Of a stretch of DNA of 64,000 nt, positions 59,017-64,000 are shown piece by piece; the stretch's first letter is position 1; every line of letters starts with the position of its first letter. The notes under the pieces were generated by a model. The model did not search any database. It saw only the letters and a program-made list of their open reading frames with translations, and was not told where the DNA came from. This DNA is from Anaeromyxobacter sp. Lineage in GTDB: Bacteria > Myxococcota > Myxococcia > Myxococcales > Anaeromyxobacteraceae. The stretch spans positions 319,901 through 383,900 of the forward strand of contig JASGJN010000021.1 of assembly GCA_049840735.1 (NCBI GenBank), written 5' to 3'. The position numbers were made by a program, and so were the translations under genes.

Positions 59017-60578
59017 ATGAAGCGCTCTGGCTGGATGGTGATGGCGGCGTGGCTGGTGGTGGGGTGCGGGACCAAGGACGACAAGCCGAACGAGTGCGAC
59101 AGCCAGCGGCCCTGCGAGGCTGGGCAGTACTGCGCGCAGACGCCGGACGGCAACGTGTGCTGGCCGGACACGGTGGCGCCGCGGGTGAACGCGGTGACGA
59201 CGACATGCAGCACGACGCCCTGCCTGCGGGACAGCGTGCTGACGGTTGCCGTGGCGGCGACGGACGATCACCAGCTCGCGCGGGTGGAGCTGAGGATGGA
59301 TCTGGACCACGATCGGCTCATCTCGCTCACCCAGTCGAACGGGAAGTGGGTGACGACGCTGGCGCTGGCGGAGTGGCCGTTCCCGGACGTCGAACATGTG
59401 CCGGCGTTGCAGGTGCTGGCCTATGACGCGGCCGACAACGAGCGCAACCTTCAGATGTCCACGGCGCTTGTCGTAACGCGGGCGCTGTTCTCGATCTCGG
59501 CAAACAGCCAGTTCATGACGGCGCTCACCCCTTCGGCGCTCTTGTCCGATGGAACCGTCGTGGTGGGCGGTGCCGATGGCAAGGCGTACTTCTTCACCTC
59601 CCAAGGCGCGGCGGTGCGGCCGTCTGTGCCCGTTGGGACCGCGCCGTTGTCGGTCGCCCCAGCTGTTGCCCCGGACGCGATCTGGTTTGGGAGCGCGGAT
59701 GGCTCGCTCTACAGCCTAGAGCCGGACGGGACCTCGCCCCGTGCATGCCCCGTCGGCACTCTTCCTGTGGCGGCGGCCGCCATCGTCGGTCAGAGAGCCA
59801 TCGCCGGGTCCGAGGACCAGACGCTTGTCGTTGCCGACAGCGGCGGTGCGTGCGTACCGATGGCCGTTGATGGCTCGGTGACGGCAGCGCCCCTGGTCGC
59901 GAATAGCGGAGGGGTGCTCGTCGCGGCCGGGGGGAAGCTGCACAACTACACGCTCCGCAACAACGGCACGTTGTTCGACAACTGGACTAGTTCCCCGGCA
60001 GCGCCAGCGATCGGCGATTCCCCCGGCCCGCTGGCGCTCGGCACGGCAGACAGCGTCTGGTCCACCGCGGCACTCGGGCAGGTCGTGCGCACTTCGAGCG
60101 CTGCCGAGGCAGTCCCCCTCGCCACCCTCCCCCCGGCAGCACCGGCGCGATCATCCTCTCCGACGGCAGCGCCGTGGTCGGCGCTCCCGACGGCACGCTC
60201 CGCCGCGTGCTGGAGGGCGGCACGCCCCCGTGGGCCCAGAGCGACACCTTCACCGGCGCCCCGCGCATCCCGCTGGCGCTCCGCTCGGCGACGCTCGGCA
60301 ACACGCTGATGGTCCCGACCGACAACGGCTGGCTCCACGCCATCGACGCCGACACCGGGCTGCTGCTCTGGTCCACCAGCCTGTCGGCCACGCACCGCGC
60401 GCTCCAGCCAGCCAACGTCGCGCCGCGCCCGGGCGGGCTCACCAGTGCGCTCTACGTCACTGGCGCCGACGGCAAGCTGACGGCGCTGGTGGTGGACGGC
60501 GTGCTGGACCCCGACGCGCCCTGGCCCAAGGCGTTCCACGACCCCCAGAACACCTCCAACGCCGGGAGCGCACCGTGA
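59017..60578 (+). CDS. Lipoprotein with PQQ-like beta-propeller (frameshift ~60130)
   Basis: Lipobox VVGC; repeated GSADGSLYSL / DNGWLHAIDADTG blades; WPKAFHDPQNT end. Confidence 0.75.
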
Positions 60579-61592
60579 TCCGGCGCGCGACGGCGCTGCT
60601 CCTCACCCTGCTCGCCGCGCAGGCCGCAGGGGCCGAGCGGTTCGGGGTGATCAGCGTGGGCGACTCTCCGGCCGGGCCCGACCCGGACCTGGCCGAGCTG
60701 GCCCATCAGCTCAGGGCCGCCTGCCGCGATCGCGTGGGCGGGGTGGAGGAGGTGGCCACCATGCGCGGCCGGCTCCTGGGCGAGTTCTCCGAGGCCAGCC
60801 TCTCCGAGCTGGATCGCGCCTACGGCGGGGCGCTGGCCGTCTACCAGAACGGCGAGTTCGAGAGCTCGCTCCGGACGCTCCGCGCCATCGTGGAGGATCT
60901 GGAGGGGCTGTCCGAGAGCGAGGAGTCCTACTACCAGTGGAAGCGGGCGCTGCTCAGGCTCGCGCACGCGGCCATGTCCATCCAGGACTGGAAGGAGACC
61001 GACGCCGCCTTCGGCAAGCTGGCGCGCACCGAGATCACGCTCCAGCCGGATCCGGACCAGTTCTCGCCCAACTTCCGCCGCCGCTTCGAGGAGGTGAAGG
61101 GCCGGGTGCGCCAGCTGCCGCGCCGGCGCCTGACGGTCGTGGCGGAGGGCCGGCCGGGCACGGTCTACCTGAACGGCCGGCAGATGGGCACCACCCCGCT
61201 CACGCTGACGCTGCCGACCGGCACCTACCGGCTGGGCGGCGCCACCGGCGGGCTGCGCGTGCCCAGCTTCATGGTGGACCTCGGCAACGAGGACCGGACG
61301 GTGGTGCTGGACTTCGTCCTTGCCGAGGCCATCCGCGTCAACGCCGGCCCCGGGCTGGCGCTGCCGGCGGAGGCCCGATCCTACGGGATCATCCGCGCCG
61401 GGGCCTGGCTGGGCGTGGACAAGCTGATCGTGGTGAGCCGCACCATGGAGGGCCAGGCGCCGTTCCTGCTCGGCTCCATCTACGACGTCCGCCGCGGGGC
61501 CCTGCTGCGTGAGGGGCAGGTCCGCATGACGGCCGGCAGCGTCCCCTCCATCAACCTGGCCGCGCTGGCGGCCTTCCTCCTCACCGGGCAGT
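60575..61592 (+). CDS. PEGA-domain exported protein, truncated at junction
   Basis: Signal peptide; GTVYLNGRQMGTTPLTLTLPTGTY PEGA motif; coding character stops at ~61592. Confidence 0.75.
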
Positions 61593-61627
61593 GGAGCTTG
61601 AGGGTTGCCGAACCCATATGTTGGGAA

Positions 61628-63060
61628 GGGGAACGGTCACTGCGCACCAAAGTATGTCACTGCGCACCAAAGTCGATTTTAGTATGTCACTGCGCACCAA
61701 GACTATTCCTAGTATGTCACTGCGCACCACAGCCAATTTTAGTATGTCACTGCGCACCGAAGTGAGGAATTATACACTAGAAATTCAGAAGCATATGCTA
61801 TAAAAATACTACTTCCAGGGGATTAATTGATATCCTCTAAACTGCTGTAATAACCTTCAAATTGCTCTATATGGTATCAGACGCGACGAAGCGAGAACAA
61901 TAAAATATAAACCTCGGACCTCTCCAGTAGTCATGAAAAGTGAACACGCAGTTTATCTCCGTTAGCCACATTGCCAAAAATTGCAGAATAATTACGCGTG
62001 ACCCTCCTTACATAGGCTATTACGCTGCCTTGGAGATTTAGTTATCACTTTTGAAGTGAAATTAACTTAAGCCAGTATCGTGCTCCAGTGCTATTGATTA
62101 TGTTACTAATTAGGCAAGAATTACGTCAAATTATCTTGAATTCGGTACCATAATTGGGGGGTTAGGCAAACATCTAATCTTCTGTAATTGGAGAAACGTG
62201 AAAATTTGTCTTCCCTTTGCTAAATTGTATCATGATACTGATTCTGAGAAATGTGCACGTCAAGAGCTACAGTTAGGAATGACTATATTCCAGGGATTCG
62301 AACGGTCCCGTCTTTACAGGAAGAAAGATATATCGTATTCCAGACAGTTTTCTTCAGTTAATTCCCCATCATGTGTTGAGATATAAATTCAATTTTTAAG
62401 GGGATGAATCGAAAGCCTTGATATATTTGATGACTTGATGAAATTAATTTTATTGCAAAGAAATCTAAATTTAAAAATATCATCTACTTTGGATTGTAAA
62501 GTTCGCTATTTTTAGGATCAAAATGAATAATGATGCTAAAGATGTTAAATTACATAAAAAAAACATAAATCGTGTACTTATAGAGCTATATTATTAAATA
62601 AATAGAATATCACGAGTTAAAAACCATTAAACGTTGAACAATGAAAGCGCTTTATTGATGGCATATATAAACAGGCTGTTAGCGGAAAGTTTACTTATTC
62701 CATTTTTTGGCCGCGTAATAGCCTATGTGAGGAGGGTTACGCGTAATTATTCTGCAATTTTTGGCAATGTGGCTAACGGAGATAAACTGCGTGTTCACTT
62801 TTCATGACTACTGGAGAGGTCCGAGGTTTATATTTTATTGTTCTCGCTTCGTCGCGTCTGATACCATATAGAGCAATTTGAAGGTTATTGCAGCAGTTTA
62901 GAGGATATCAATTAATCCCCCGGAAGTAGTATTTTTATAGCATATGCTTCTGAATTTCTAGTGTATAATTCCTCACTTCGGTGCGCAGTGACATACTAAA
63001 ATTGGCTGTGGTGCGCAGTGACATACTAGGAATAGTCTTGGTGCGCAGTGGCATACACCC
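61628..63060. mobile_element. Non-autonomous Mutator/Foldback-like DNA transposon
   Basis: ~344-bp near-perfect inverted repeats 61682-62025 and 62713-63056; GGG...CCC ends; 9-bp direct repeat TGTTGGGAA at 61619-61627 and 63061-63069. Confidence 0.8.
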
Positions 63061-63133
63061 TGTTGGGAACAAGGCGAGGAAGTTTTTTATTCTCAGCAGT
63101 GATTTGATAAAATATTGAGAGTTGAATGACTAC

Positions 63134-63960
63134 CTTCGATGGAGTGGTTGGTGCACTGTGAATCTTCGTTGATGCGAGCCCTGCATTTGAGCTGCTTGTA
63201 GGCGAGTTGAATGACATCTGGGAAAGGGAAGGAGTGACCCCAGTTGATTGGGAAAATGACTGAGGAAAGCGATTTTGTGGAGTCGGCATGGCGATCAATT
63301 TGTGGGACCGCTTTCGGCTGCCTCTGTAAATGAGAAAGATTGTAGTTGCAAATGAATATACAAATTAGCAGCAGTTAGGCTCAATAGTATAATTCGTTAG
63401 CATTCGAATTTCATATGAAAAAATATGATGCTATTGAAAATTTACACTAAACTTTTTGCCAGGAATATTAAATTTTGTGACTTTGTGGATCATGCTTACA
63501 GCAAATTTGCAGACTGAGGCTGAGAGAATTTGGGAGATAAACTGCTTGCTGGCGGAGTTGCGAAGAGAACTGCAGTAGCGGGCAGAGTTGAGGGCCGTAA
63601 AGGCGAGAAACGCCTCGGAGATCGAAGACACACACTGCAACGAAAATTAATTATACTCGAAGTGCATTATTCAGAGTTATTATTGTGTATTGTATTCTCG
63701 CCTAAGATGGACAAGAAAGGTTCATTCGGTTTCATCCACTGATAGCTATTAGGGATGTTGCGGAATCGAATAAAAATTTTTCGGAACCTGTGCCCGTATT
63801 CATGGAAGTCTGGGGAGGCTCCCTGGCAAAAAAATAATATGCAAAATCGAGAGAGTTTCCTACCCAGGGAGCGCTCCCCAGACTTCCATGAATACGGGCA
63901 CTGAACGTCCGCAGAAGCCCTGCTAGCTATGCGTTCCTTCATTGACATTATTGAGACAGA
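63134..63960 (-). other. Probable spliced exons of a eukaryotic gene
   Basis: Minus-strand GT-AG boundaries: TTTACAG| near 63325 and AAG|GTAGT near 63133; TTGCAG| near 63635 and |GTAAGC near 63500; Ser/Pro-rich open frames between AT-rich introns. Confidence 0.55.
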
Positions 63961-64000
63961 GAGATAGTTGCATGGATAGAATTGAACGCATCCTTCTCGC

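Noticed and set aside
61636..61760. Mini-CRISPR (18-bp repeats with 12-bp spacers)
   Set aside because: Too short, and mirrored with the same spacers in the opposite arm; these are transposon subterminal repeats
61593..61765. C-terminal VCHCAP repeats on the PEGA protein
   Set aside because: Read-through into foreign transposon repeats beyond the junction

Overview
Bases 1 to ~61590 are very GC-rich bacterial DNA. Gene content and repeats suggest an Anaeromyxobacter-like myxobacterium (inference). It carries housekeeping and regulatory genes: DUF47-pit, pyk, ftsH, cls, glnB-ntrB-ntrC-glnA, several histidine kinases, a sigma54 regulator and an ECF sigma operon. Accessory modules include an ABC-ATPase/DUF4276 pair, vapBC, Fic, a Tat sulfatase, a clostripain lipoprotein and PKD/PQQ/PEGA surface proteins. 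About 20 single-base frameshifts, some in conserved genes, point to uncorrected long-read errors. Highlights: (1) an operon of a nucleotidyltransferase, a TIGR04222-type membrane protein with a Cys/Gly tail, and an SbtM-like radical SAM/SPASM enzyme, a candidate maturation system for a membrane-anchored peptide; (2) a dispersed palindromic REP-like family with two copies inside protein-coding frames and one arm amplified into a 60-bp tandem array; (3) a nucleotidyltransferase gene whose segments appear permuted and partly inverted. After ~61590 the sequence switches abruptly to AT-rich, eukaryote-like DNA with GT-AG exons and a 1.4-kb Mutator/Foldback-like element with a 9-bp TSD, most likely a chimeric join. 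Family assignments come from motif recognition only; no searches were run.
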